From Podarcis filfolensis (taxonomy: Eukaryota): a DNA stretch of 64,000 bases. The DNA lies in assembly GCA_964270895.1 (NCBI GenBank), contig OZ185435.1. One strand, written 5' to 3'. Under the pieces are notes generated by a model. It was not told the origin of the DNA and made no database searches. It saw only the letters and a list, made by a program, of their open reading frames with translations. A program made the position numbers and the translations under genes. This document shows, piece after piece, positions 23,723 through 37,654 of the stretch (the stretch's first letter is position 1; every line of letters begins with the position of its first letter).

Positions 23723-26700
23723 AAAGCCATAAAGAAGGGCGCAAAATAATCCCCCTAAGGAAGCCCACTATGAACGTGCTCTGATGTGTCCCAGCCAGCC
23801 ATATCTCTGATGTTGGGGCTTGGAGGACCTTGGACATGGGCAGGAGGAAGCTGCAGCTCGTATTTCACTTTAAACGTAAGAACATCAGAAATTATACCAA
23901 ACACACACTGACCACTCTTTCCATATATAGATCACTTCACAGTGGCTCATGTTAAAGAGGCTAAGTTAGTTTCTCAAGGCAATATAGTGATTCAGTGACT
24001 GGGATTCAGTGAACTGGGGATCTGTAACTCCCAGTCCCACATTTGAACTTCAGGGTCCATTTTACCTAGTTTGCCTGACTTATGTTGGCCAGATGCTTGG
24101 ATTGTGGAACTGCCTGAATAACAGCCTGGATAGTCTTTGTGTGAATTTGCTGCCATTTGGACAGAGCTTCCTCTGATTTGGCAGACACATCTGAGTCTTG
24201 CAAAAGCTGTTTTTCTCTTAGTGTGTTTAAAATAGTAATAATCATAACAGCCACCAATTTATAGAATAATTCTAGAATCCAGGGCAATGCCATACATGTG
24301 GGATAGAAAAGAGCCCTAAAACATATCTGTTTTAGCACAACCATGCTAATTTTTAATATTAACCGGGGGGTGGGAACTGAATCATACGTCCAGAGTGTGG
24401 CAGTTCCTTTTTTATGCTGTTTCCTCTATAAGAGCATGAGGGGAAGTGTGTATAAATGCAGTTCCTACCTTCAACCCGCAAATCAGTGACTGCAGATCAA
24501 TCTTCCCTGGGCCAGAGTGTCTTTGACTTGCTTGACAGGCCTGAGCTGGCTACCAGATGTTTAACTTGTCCTCGGCCTGTGGTAATTTATTTATCTGTTT
24601 ATGTATTTCACCAAGAAAGTATCTGTTGCATTTCTGAGCAGTTTGCAAGGGAATTCTGAGGGAACAGTAGCAACATATAATGTTACCAGGAGGGTTTCTT
24701 TTTTAAGTGTCTTGCTTCAGTCAGGAGAAACATTTGGAAACGTGATGTTGGTAACGTTCTTCCTCTGCTTATTCTCCAGACCTTGTTTAAACATGTGGCT
24801 GAACTTTCTAGCAGCACAGACTTGTCTGGCTGTATCGATTAGGCTCTTTTTATAAAAAGAAGAAGAGAAGGGGGGTTACTTTGATCTCTGTACACTTTCA
24901 GCCATAAAAATTAAAGTAACACTCAAAAGTGTCAGACATTTTTTTTACTTGTTAAAAGTGAACTATTAGGGTCCCTAATGATTTATTGCATGGTGCAAAA
25001 CTACTGAAGCAAGAGCAATATAGCCCCTATGTGCTGTTTAATTTAAGGAGGCATGCGAATATCTACGGCTCTGTGACTTGAAATGGAAGCTTTGTGAGAA
25101 GTAAGAGGACAGCTTTTCAGCATTGTGTTGACAGAAGTACTGACAGATAGTGTTCTGTGCTCTTAAACAGTTAGGACTATACAACATTTCTACCCATTCA
25201 TCAGCTGTTTCTGTTCCCCTTACAAGAAAGATAAAAGCAAAAGAGCAAAGAAATGTAACATGGATTCAGCTGAACATAATTTTTGAAAATGAAGGCGAAG
25301 CAGACCAGTCTTGCTCTAAACCACATTTTTCATTTTCAACCTTCATGCAGCTGGAAGCTACCTTTCTTTAACCATGACGTGGTTGTGTTTAAAATTTGTT
25401 TCTTTGTGTCCCAAAATATACATTTAATAACAGTTGTAGTGCTTATGAATCTCTCTGTTTATCTCTCTGCGTTGGGAATTGCCGGTCTTGTGTTCCGTGT
25501 GAGAAGCCAGTGGTTTCAGCTCTGCCTGCTTCTGTCCACTGCTGAAAAAGAGGGATAACTCTTGCTTGTTCTTGTAGCCCAGCTTGCTTGTAAAACCAAC
25601 ACACAGGGGGCGACAGGCATGCTAAGCTCCACCCCCATCACTGTGACCATATTCCTTGTCCAAGACTTGGAAGGCAAGGAGATCCTCATGCGCTCATGGC
25701 ATCTCCCCACAGAGTTTAGAACCCTGAAAGAGCCATGGTGGTGATAAGGGGGAACTTACTGTGCTCATCCCTGCTTCCTTATGTGAATAGAATGCCTGAG
25801 GCAGGCTTATGTTTCACATTGATGATAAATGCTAAGTGCCTGTTGAGGCTGAGCAAAGATTTCTGCTCTTCTTGCTGTTTAAGGTTTAACTTGGCACACT
25901 TCCTGTATATTCATAGAAAAACAAGTCAGGCGTGGGGCAAAGCCAAAGTGTGTCAGCTAGGTATGGAAAAATGTTTGGCTGCTGCTGTTGTCGTTTTTAC
26001 CTAGTTCTAATGCTCTTCGACATGTAGTTGCTGGACTTACACTTTGCCATTCTTCTGCTACGGTAATAAAGCGAGCACTATGTCCTATATGAGCAACAGC
26101 TGTTTTCCCTATTAATCTAAAGTTTAGACTCAAAACTTTCCTATGAGTATATTTTCTTAACTGTTCATAGAAGAATGTATGCTGTCTTCAACATATGAGC
26201 ATGTGATTACCTTTATATGTGGTCACCAGTTAGCAATAAAACAGAGACTAAGACTGCCTTTATCACCCATTCTAGCTCAATCTTTGTGCATTTCTGGTCA
26301 TGAAACTGTGGTTTGGAGGCAAGGAATGTGATGTCTGAATGGAACCTGGGTTTTGCCTCTGTTCCTAACTTAGAAGTAGTAAATAGCCCATCCTTTCGGG
26401 AGCCTCTCATTTCTTCTCCATCATTGTATTATACATAAGTATGTTTTGGGTGCTTCAGAGCAGAAGAAAGGTGGAACAACTCCAGCATCTCAGGGTACTT
26501 TTAAGATAATTTATGAATAAGTCAGTTTATAAGATATACTACAGGCCTCCTTATATTTCAAAGCTAAATTAGACTAGCTTTATCATACTTATACAAGCAA
26601 CTGGTATAATTTTTCTGAAATAATATAATTTAGCATGATAAGCCTTAAAATGTTTTTATTTCAATTTCACTGCCTGGTTCCTTCCTCTGCTTCCATTTAA

Positions 26701-27807
26701 TAGACATACTTCAGTTTACATCAGAGTGTTGTGATGTTCTTAGTCTATAATACATGCACTATGCTAGTCAGCTGAAACTGTCTTCACAGCTGAGCCTGCC
26801 TATTTTCAGCTTTCTTCCCCAGTCTCTCTTTAACCATTATCTCTTCTCTTCCCCTACAGCTGTCCTTTTCAACCCTCCCCCACCCCCAAGTTTTCCCCTT
26901 AAGTTTCCTGTCTGGCCTCTCATGATCTGATCTGCCTTTATGGCACAACACTTCTGCACTGGTAGGTGCAAAGAGTCGCAAACTCAGTGACTCTGTAGCA
27001 ACACTTCTGCAGGGCAAAGAAAAGGATGGGACACCATAGAGACTGCAAGGAGAGCTGCTCCCCATTTTGCATTATAGGTCTGTCCATAGGGTCAGAAATA
27101 AGGGACTGATGCTAGATCCTTGGACAAGGCCAACAAAATAAAAAATAAGGGTAGAGAAGAAGGGAAAGCCACCAAAATAATGTTTGAAAAATGTTTGGGA
27201 AATGAAACCAGGCCAGGTTTGAGCTGTGAAACCCCAGATTCTGTGGCACTAATGCATGACTGACAGCGTTAAAAGCAGGGAGAAAGAAGGAACTGAAGAG
27301 CAGAAAGACAGGGTGTGAATCTTTGGGTTTGGCAAGTAAGATTCTTGTGTAAGATTCTTGTGCATTTTCATCAGAACTGTCTTGGTTGAATTATTGGGAT
27401 GTAAACCATATGAAATAAGTCAAGAAGCATTTATTAGAGTGAAAATGGAGACACCAAATGTAGACTGACCACATGAGAAGTTAGCTAGCTCTTCCATTGT
27501 TTCTTATGTTTTGACTGTGATCTGTCAAAACCAATCCACACATTATGTGGCAGTCATGTTTAATGTGAATACACTGGTGATCACAATGTTTAATGTGGTG
27601 AGCACTCAGAAGCGTCAAGGCGGAGATGCACATCTCCTGTCACTTGCGGGTAATAGTGGAGATGAATTGCCATTGGTACATATATAACAAGTAAGAAGAT
27701 CTCTGCTGGATCAGACCAAAAGCTTCATCAAGTCCAGCATTCGGCAGTGGCCAGGCAGATGTTTCTAGGAAACTTACAAGCAGGGCATGCCAGAAACATC
27801 CCTCTCT

Positions 27808-28001
27808 TGCTATTATACCAGATCAGACTATTTGCCCAGCATTGCCTAGTCTGACTTGTTTGACTTCCAGTGGTCCTTCCTGGCCTCTAGATGAGGTCTT
27901 TGCCATCACCTGCTACCTGACACCCTTGAATGGAGATGCTAGGGCTTGAACCTGGGACTTGCCTGATGCTGAACATGTGCTCTTCCACTGAGTATGCTCC
28001 C
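27808..28001 (-). mobile_element. tRNA-derived SINE (Squam3-like)
   Basis: Minus strand gggagcatactcagtggaagagcac...ggttcaagccctagcatctcca followed by the SINE body. Confidence 0.7.
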
Positions 28002-29372
28002 TCTGCAGAAACTGCTATTCACTGGCGTACTGCCTCTCAGTATTTACTTACAGGCATACACAACTTCTTCCGTGCTTTACAGTGCTCACTGTAGTGAACA
28101 GTGGTACATGGGTGAAGCACACCTGTCACATTATCCCTAAAATGTCTGATTAGTGCCAGTAGCATTGCTTGTGCCAAGCAAGGGAAGCACCCATGCTGTT
28201 TTTAAATATTCACACATACACATATGTTTTGTGTGTGTGTAAATTATAACCTCAGATAACTAAACAATGCACTTCACAGATAGAACTTCCTCTCTCTTTA
28301 AATGGCCTACCTTCAATTTGTACCACCGTATTATTGGGCACGTGCATCTTTCCTTTCCTGCTCACTCCGGGAAATGTGTCTTTGAGTAATGTAGCCAGCA
28401 CTGTATAGAAGCTGAGGGGTGTATTAATGATGACTTGTCCCTATTCTTGTCAGCTTGTGTTTTGATCTGGTAGTCGCTAGCAGAGTAATGAAGTGATAGG
28501 AATAAGCATCCTGATTGTATCCAGGTGCCAGGAACAAGGCAAGTGGAAAGAAACTGTAGCAGTACTGCTACCAAAGCACCTAGAAAGTTGTTGAAAAACA
28601 TAAAAAAGTTCTCATGTATGTCCAAAAGTGACTTGAGGCACACTAGGAAATGATTCATACAAAACTACTAGATTTTACTACATTAGTCTATATAAAAACT
28701 GTTCACCTCATGATCAAAGCATTTGTCTTAACCCGCCTGTCCAAAGTCTAAACATGAAAGCTGAAATTGTTTTCTGTTTATTTTTGTAATAATAAGCCAT
28801 ATTTGCACAAACATTTTTTTTTTCATTTTTGAAAGTGCATATTGTGTGAAGTACTCTTTGTGAAGATTTATTGTTTCAGATTACTGTGTCACTAGGATAT
28901 TTTTTTTTACTCGCTCCAAATGCAGTATCACAAACTGTCACTGTGGTCACTGACTGAAATGAAAAACAGTCACATCTGAAGCTGTTTGGGGGAGCATATG
29001 GTAGGTGAAAGGAATTGAAGAAAGTGAAATAGGCTGTCAGGAAAGACTGTTGTATGAAGCAACCATTTAATCTCGAATAATCCCTTTGCAAGGGAAATGA
29101 AAGCAGATGACTGCTTAACACAGCTCAAGAAAACAACTTAAATGTTTCGAAGACACTTGGTTATAACATCTCATAAGGATGACAGACTGCCTGAAGAGTC
29201 TTGATCCCTGTACTATATTGATGCGCAGTAGAGTGATATTTAGCAACCACTGCCAAGTTGACAGAGGGACAACTGAAAGTTGGCTGTAGACCAGAATTGG
29301 GCAAGGAGCAGCAGCAGTCCTGATGCCACAGTAGGGGGTTGGGGCACACCCACCATTCCCACAAGAACAGAT

Positions 29373-29379
29373 ATAATAA

Positions 29380-29414
<35 letters not shown>
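29373..29414. repeat. (TAA)/(TAG)n microsatellite
   Basis: Direct read. Confidence 0.95.
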
Positions 29415-29652
29415 ACAACTGCTTTCAGAAAGGCCCAAGGAGAGAGCAGCTGCTGAAGCAAACATCACAAAATGGGGAGGGGAAGGTTGGTCAGGGGAGT
29501 TCTGATTTACACCATTGTAACCTGTGGCAGACATTCTGTATTTATCTATAACTGTTATTTTCTGGGGACGGGGGGGGGGGGACAATATTAAGCCAAATTG
29601 TCCATCTTTTTGGCGAATACCATTAGCATAACACCTCAGTTATACTCTGCAG

Positions 29653-29796
29653 GTATGGAGAGAGTTCCCTGACCGGCTTGTCGGATATCCTGGTCGCCTA
29701 CATTTGTGGGACCATGAAACAAGCAAGTGGAAATATGAGTCGGAGTGGACCAATGAAGTTTCAATGGTGCTCACAGGAGCAGCGTTTTACCACAAG
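29653..29796 (+). CDS. EXT2: Exostosin-2 coding exon (exon 11 equivalent, 144 bp)
   Basis: ctctgcag|GTA...AAG|gtaaga; [48 protein letters not shown] (not in the ORF track, read manually). Confidence 0.97.
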
Positions 29797-30329
29797 GTAA
29801 GAAGTGACATAATTCTGAAGTGGTGGGTTTGCATGTGGCATAGGGACAGAGCCTTGTATGTCAGTAGTGGATGGTAGACACGTTATAGCATAATGCAGGC
29901 GTCGGTGATCTTCCTTTAATGTGCTGGTAAAGGCAGATATGAAGGAGAAAGAAGCCACATTCTGTTGGTGGATCCCTTTGAATAAAATGTCTATCTGTTT
30001 GGAATATTTGGATACAGACTCAGAGGTATAATGTTACGGGTTTTTCAGCAGAGGGGAAGGGCTAATATGTTTGCATACAAGTGGCTATTTTTATTCATCT
30101 CTTTGCCCTTGAATGGCACATTCCATATTTTAAAAATGTTTTTGAAAGATTCATTGATTTGAAAGAAGTTCACCGTGTGACATTAGGAAGGCTGTGTTTG
30201 TGTAGCTCAAGCCCAGACATTACATGGCCATGTGGTACTGGTTCTTTGGATCTAGGCTACTGGCACAATTAAGATTATCAGGAAAGGTTTTGAGCAACAT
30301 TTAGAGTGGAATGATGAGGTAATGATTGT

Positions 30330-30419
30330 GTTTCCGGAAGCCGCATCTTGGTTTCTGAATGTTTCGGAAGTCGAACGGACTTCCGGAACGCATTCTGTTT
30401 AAAAACCAAGGCGTGACTG
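30330..30419. mobile_element. Degraded right end of a related mariner-type MITE (boundaries approximate)
   Basis: gaacggacttccggaacg...aaaccaaggcgtgactg|TA resembles the right end of the 9866 element. Confidence 0.6.
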
Positions 30420-30639
30420 TAGTTGGTCCAGCAAGTTCAAATTGCGGCTTGCCATGTTGGATCAAGTATCTAAGCTACTGAAGAGATTAGGGAATAGAAC
30501 AGTGGGGTGGGAATACATGTTGGGCATGATACACCTCTAGTGGATTTGTATCTTCGGGGCTGCCTGCTCCCATGTACCTGCTTGTGTACTGCACTAATCC
30601 TCACAAGTCTTCTCCAGTTGCCCCCATAGTGGTGACCAA

Positions 30640-30890
30640 TGACAACCTTTCCAGTAGTGGCATGCCCACCTTTGGAATACATTCCTTTAGCGCCCATTCT
30701 CTCTGTGGCGCCAGGCAAGGATCTTTTACATTTTTAAAATAAAAGGTATTTTAAAATGCCACCTGTGTTTTGGAGTGCACACACTCCTCCAATTTTGTTT
30801 TTCTGCTGTTTTATATTTATTATGCATTTGTTTATTTTTAATTCTAATTTTGATTCTAATTTTATTATTAATTCCATTGTGTTTGTACTC
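30640..30890 (+). mobile_element. Diverged L2 3' end fragment
   Basis: ttccagtagtggcatgcccacctttggaata...ggcgccaggcaagg followed by a T-rich tract. Confidence 0.45.
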
Positions 30891-31081
30891 AGAGCATGTA
30901 TAAAATAAAAGTAATCATAAAATACAGTTGGTTCCATCCACTGGTGCAAAGGCCAACCTGAAAGGGACTGCTGCAAGGATGTGGCATAATTTTTTTGTGC
31001 AAACCTCTGTTAATTCCCAGTGGAACCTGCTTACTTAACTCCCATTCCAGTTCAAACCTGTCTTGGTTTTTTATGGTTTAG

Positions 31082-31345
<264 letters not shown>

Positions 31346-31384
31346 TAAATCCCACCCTTCCTCCAAGGAACTCGATGTACATGC

Positions 31385-31495
31385 TATCCCTCACAACAAC
31401 CCTGTATAGTAGATTACGTTTATGCTGAGAGACAGAGTGACTGGCTCAGGGTTATCCAGTGATCTTCATAATAAAGATTTGAATCTAGATCTCCC
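31385..31495 (-). mobile_element. MIR/Squam-like SINE fragment
   Basis: cctcacaacaaccctgt...gtgactggctcagggttatccag...tttgaatctagatctccc. Confidence 0.6.
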
Positions 31496-32480
31496 ATATG
31501 TTCCCAGCTATTACTTTTGGGCAAATGTCATATGGATTTGAGGAGTTTGAGCCATTTTGGTTGCGTAAGGAGGTGTTGATCCCATTAGCTGTGATCATTC
31601 TGACCAGACAAATGTTGTGTTGGGTGGTGGGGGTGGGATGGAGGGGAGAGCAAGTTAAACATTTTTTGTTCAAATCACTGAGCAAAATTAAAAGGGGAAA
31701 ACATATCCAACCCGATCCATCCCTGTCTATCTTAACTGGCAACAGCTGATTTATAGGAATGCTAATTGCAGGAATGTTAATTGCAAGATCAGTTTTTAAA
31801 TGAACTTTTATCCCTGAATTAATTTCCTGACATGTTTCAACACATTTCCTTGGCCTGGATGTTCACTTTGTCTGCTCATTTCAAAGTGTGTCAACTCGGA
31901 ATGAGATTTAGAGGCCTCCAGGCATTACTTCAATTAGCAAGGTCTGCTTTCCTGCCTGTCCATCATCATTTATCCAGGCTGTGTTTCCTAGAAAAGCCTT
32001 AGAAGATAAAGTGTGTGTGTGTTTGCTGTGAGAGTTTCTGAACTGTGCAAGGGCACTGCAGAGTCATTTGGCACCTCAGTGCAGTTGGGAGAGCCTCGCA
32101 GAGTTTGCCAGTCAGCTATTAAGTGAGCAAAGTGTGTCTGTTGGATTAAGGTTACGGTGAAGTATGGGAAGCTATATTTCATCGCTCTTATGGCTGCAAG
32201 AACAAATGGTGTTTATACAGGGACCTTGGCAGTGAGAAAACAGTCATTAAACAGGAATTAAGGAGCTTGTCATCGCCACTACTTTCCACTTACAGAAGGC
32301 AAAACCCCTCCAAGCATTTTTTATCGGGTCACTGTGAGTTTTGCAGTCAGCTGGGCCAGGTGGAACTAAGTGGCATAGGTTCTCTCCCCCCCCCCCTTCG
32401 AGGGTTTGACTTACAGTACAGATATGTTCAAAGGCACTCTGCTGCATTTCTGAATGCGGGGATTAATGTTTGTGCTGTGA

Positions 32481-32588
<108 letters not shown>

Positions 32589-33489
32589 TGAGTGTCGCAT
32601 CTTGTTCCCTTTGCCATTCCCAGTGCTTAATCCATAAGAGTATTTGAAGTTAGGACCAAATCATTCACTGCTTTTTATTTACAAAAACATGGTTACACAA
32701 ATCTAATTTGCAAAGGCAGTTTTAGCATGAGACAACTTGCCCGTTACTTATGCTGAGACGCTATCTGATTGCATCCCGAGCCCAGCAGGTCTATTGGGTT
32801 TGAATATGTACTATACACACATATGAGCACAGACATCCTTGTGCTTAATAAGAAGGCATGTCAAGCAATAATAGAATTGTTTCAAGTAAATTAAAACGAT
32901 GAACTTGTTAGAATGATAGAAAACCAGAAATAAAATGGGTATAGGAGAGAGAGAATGATCTGAGCTCAAGGCTTTGGAGGTGCAGCCTGCATTGATATTT
33001 TAGCATGAAAGCAGATAGAAGTAAAACACGGTCCCCTTTTGCATATCTCCTTTCATACTTCCTTGATGACTCCATTAAAAAGCATATTTTGCTACCTTTT
33101 GAAATAGGGTTTAGTGGTATTGAACTGATTTCAACAGGCCTTTAACTGTCAAGTCTACGTTGCCATGAGAGAGGGAAAGTATGGCATATGAAGAATAATC
33201 TGAAATGCATACCTCTAAATGAGAGTAGCTGGGAGAAACAGTATTATAGTACAAACAAATTGCCTATTGTGTTATATTTCAGAATCTTGAGCTCTGTAAT
33301 TCTGGATAGAAGGGCACCCAGTCAGAAGAGAAGTAGCTATTTGAAGCACACTTACCAGACATCTACACACTCCTTCCTTTAGAATGCATTGCAACTATAA
33401 CAATAGGGATATTTTGTATTCACTTTGTGCTCTTTCCATCGCCATGTTTTACTGAGAAGTTAAGAGATCACTGGTGAAATGGACACTGT

Positions 33490-33775
33490 CACAGGCTATA
33501 TGAAGGACTGATTTATGAGAAGAGATTAAGGCAAATATATATATAGCCTCCATAAGAAATTACTAAATAGGTATAAGTCTTCAGGTATTTAAGAATGTAA
33601 ACACCAAGCATGGTGATAAGTTATTTTGGGTGGCACAAGGATATATAATATGAAAAAAGGGGATTAAATTCAGGAAAAGCCATCAGGAAGTACTACTTAA
33701 TCATGACATCTTATGCTATAGATTAGAATAGTTTCCAATTGGAGGGGGTGGATTCCTTAGGAACTTAAAATGTGA
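33490..33775 (+). mobile_element. Old CR1 fragment
   Basis: gaaggactgatttatgagaagagattaagg...gtcttcaggtatttaag; boundaries approximate. Confidence 0.5.
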
Positions 33776-34862
33776 AATGAACCTTATCCTTTTCCTCCTG
33801 TGTGGGCCCTCTGACACTCTCATCATGAGTCTTGTCAATGAACAAACTAGGCTGTCACCTATGTAGCACTATGTTCCACATTTTAACCAGGCCCTAACCT
33901 GTGTTAATTTTGAGAGGAACCTTTCCTTCCAAGCTGTCTTAAGACAGGACTGCACTAACTTTAGAGGGTTGAGAGGCAAGATCTAGTTGCACAGTATTCT
34001 TCATTTTCAATTTAATATCATAGCTGTGAATCCTCTTCTCCGTGGCTTAGATCTTATTTTGTGTTCTACCTCCCATGTTGGAGGCCATATTGCCTCTACA
34101 TACCAGTTGCTGAGAATCGCAGGTTGGTTGGTTGGGTGAGTGCTGTTGTGCTCAGCTTCTGCACACAGGCTTCCCATGGGCATCTGCTTTTCTACTGTGA
34201 GAACAGAGTGCTGGATTGGGTAGGTTTGGCCTGATATTATCATATCTGGCTTCTCAGATTTTCAGGCTTAGGTATGGTTCTACTGCTGTAGACTTAAATT
34301 CCTCATCCGCACCACTTCCACAGCATATCTGGATGAGATAATAGTTATGAGAATCATCCAATGTGGGCATTGGGTGCATGAACGGGCCTGTTCTGGCTTC
34401 AGTGGTACTAGTCATGTTTCTCCCATCATTTTGGGCTGATGCATCATATTTGATCCAGATGTGTCATTCACATCAAAGGAGCACAGGGTGGTGCACTTCA
34501 TACATATTTGTGTGTTCATTTTGCAGGTATCGAACTGAATATACTGCACACAAAATTAGTATCCTAGCACCTATGTTTTTGTCTGTTTTGGAAATCCAAG
34601 TTTCCAGTCCTAATGCTTACTGAGAAAAACTTTCAGACTTATAGGCATTGTTGACTTCAAGCTAGTGAAAAGTTTTAAAAGTTTCTAGTGGCCTTATGGA
34701 AGGGACACCAATACCCCACAGTGAACATCATCCTCCATGGCAATTTTTTCTTGCTTCGCTCAGCTTACTGACCACTTAATCATAATTGCCATGCCCTTAC
34801 TTCCCTTGTTACTTTCACCACCCTATTCCTTACTTAAGACTTTCCCCATCATAAAACTGTTA

Positions 34863-34864
<2 letters not shown>

Positions 34865-34911
<47 letters not shown>

Positions 34912-35785
34912 TTATTATTTATACCCTGCCCATCTGGCTGGGCTTCCCCAGCCACTCTGGGCGGCTTCCAAAAAAATATTAAAATACTGTAATACATCAA
35001 ACATTAAAAGCTTCCCTAAACAGGGCTGCCTTCAGATGTCTTCTAAAAGTCTGGTAGTTGTTGTTCTCTTTGACCTCTGGTGGGAGGGCATTCCACAGGG
35101 AGGGCGCCACTATCAAGAAGGACCTCTGCCTGGTTCCCTGTAACTTGGCATCTCGCAGTGAGGGAACCGCCAGAAGGCCCTCGGTGCTGGACCTCAGTGT
35201 CCGGGTAGAACGATGGGGGTGGAGACGCTCCTTCAGGTATACTGGGCCGAGGCCGTTTAGGGCTTTAAAGGTCAGCACCAACACTTTGAATTGTGCTCGG
35301 AAACGTACTGGGAGCCAATGTAGGTCTTTCAAGACCGGTGTTATATGGTCTCGGCGGCTGCTCCCAGTCACCAGTCTGGCTGCCGCATTCTGGATTAGTT
35401 GTAGTTTCCGGGTCACCTTCAAAGGTAGCCCCACGTAGAGCGCATTGCAGTAGTCCAAGCGGGAGATAACCAGAGCATGCACCACTCTGGCGAGACAGTC
35501 CGCAGGCAGATAGGGTCTCAGCCTGCGTAGCAGATGGAGCTGGTAAACAGCTGCCCTGGACACAAATTTGACCTGTGCCTCCATGGACAGAATGACTCCC
35601 AGGCTGCGCACCTGGTCCTTCAGGGGCACAGTTACCCCATTCAGGACCAGGGAATCCTCCACACCTGCCCGCCTCCTGTCCCCCCAAAACAGTACTTTTG
35701 TCTTGTCAGGATTCAATCTCAATCTGTTAGCCGCCATCCATCCTCCAACCGCCTCCAGACACTCACAGAGGCATTGAATGAGTTT
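34865..35785 (-). mobile_element. Young 5'-truncated L2 LINE: RT C-terminal region, 3'UTR and (AAT)n tail
   Basis: ORF 34997-35827 with RLNPDKTK, HALVISRLDYCNALY, LQLIQNAAARL, LHWLPV; CpGs retained; the few N-terminal codons are flanking DNA. Confidence 0.92.
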
Positions 35786-37654
35786 TTGCACCCTTTGTAT
35801 TAGCATGCTCACTGGAACATCCAGCACAGTTTACCAGGGTACCTTGTAGCCATCAGAGTTCTAACAGTTATATTCTTTCAGATAAATTTGTTCTGTTACT
35901 TACTGCTAACACCATGGGGAGGTGGGGTAAAATCCAATATTATTAAATATGGATACTTTATTTCACTCAGTTGGACAATGAAAATAAACCAGTCAGTTTC
36001 AGGTTTGGGTTTTAAAGTAATGTTGTATTTCAAGCTCTCAAGTACAATCAGTGCTGTAGAGACCCTAAAGAGAATGCTTGTTTGTTTTTAGGGGAAACCC
36101 TGTTTCCAGGGAATTTTTAAAATAAAATAAAAAATCCAAGAACTATTTCAGAATGCCTTTTGGTTTCTTAACTGCTTATTTTTGCAAGGCCTGTTCTGAG
36201 CCAAATTCAACCTGACAGTGGCTCTTTAAGAGCTATGTTGGCAGCTAATCCACCCTAGTTTACAACATGTACATTGCTTTAAGAATGCATGGAATTCTAG
36301 TGGGGAGGGAATAGGGAATCTTTGACCTCTGTGGAAATGTGCAGCTGACAGCATCTCCTTTCTCTTCGCTATGATTAAATGCTTCAGTCAAAGAGCTTCA
36401 CATCTTTGCCAAATCCTATATTGTATGAGGCTCCGCCTCCTGTTTCGTGCATCTGACCAAGTAGGAAAATGCATGCAATAGTTTGCTAGGTTTAAGGTGC
36501 CAATGGCCGCTTTACTGTACTTCTTGTCAGGAGCTCGTCCTACACTCAAGTAGGACCCTAGCAGAGACACATGCCCCACTGGCATGTTCTCTCCCTCCTG
36601 GTTGATTGTTCGGGAGCTTCAAAAGCTTTTTTCAGCCTGAACATCACAGCGACCAATGTCAATAGACATTGGCACACTTAGGGATCCACAGAGTGTTCGC
36701 AGTTTGCGTAACAGACCTCAGCAACTCAGCATTTTGGCTAATCTACTTTATTTACATATAAACACACATGGAGCACTGCAACATGGCTCCCTCTCTCTCT
36801 AGCATCAGACAGCAAAGAGAAAAAGGACAAAGGACAATAGTCCCACTTCACGGAACACAGTAACACAAACATCCTGTCTCCGTCACTTCCCACTCTGTGG
36901 ACATACACCGCCATGTGATAGGCAAAAATCCCATGACTGCAATCATGGAGCAGGAATTCTAACACTTCCTACAACTTACACAGTGACTCCTCCGAACCCA
37001 CTTGTGTGCTCACCACCCCACATGTATTTGATGTACAGCTCTGGGAAGACTAGGATCTTCAGACAGCAAGATTACAGATGCACACCTTAATTATGAGAGT
37101 AAAGGAGAGTCCCTAACTCCCCAAGCCAGAAGACTGAGTGTGATAATTTGCTACAGGAGAAAAAAGAAGGGAGGGAGTATACCTGATCTAGGAGAAAGTG
37201 GCATGCAAAGTCAGGGATAGCAGGCTGTGTCTTCTGTGTGATAGTTAAGCTCTCTCCTTAGAATCCTGTGCCAGCAAAGTTACAGTATTCCTTTCCTATT
37301 CTTTGGTCTGTGGTCTAGGGAAGCAGAAAGCTTTATCCATAAGACCGCAGAGGAAATAGGGGGTTCTGTTGGAGGTGTGAGCTACCAAAGCATTTAAAAT
37401 CTGAGGTGTAAATACAGTTTTGGGCTAATGCACCTCAGTGGATAGGAGAGGGGGCTTTCTGGATGAGGGAATACTATAAGACCTGTATTCTTTGAATCAT
37501 TGGAGGGTTGGGTTTTTTTTTGCAAATTCCCGTACTTTAAAAGCATCCTACCTACTTCTAAAAGGCTAAATATAGTTAAAGGGCAAAGGCCAAGTTATAG
37601 AGGAAAGTTTTTGCCTGGTGCCTAAAGATAATACAATGATGGTGCTAGGTGATG

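Noticed and set aside
27336-27361. Short tandem duplications (27336-27361, 38816-38839, about 215-247, about 54973-54992)
   Set aside because: Ordinary slippage duplications of 10-16 bp with no further structure
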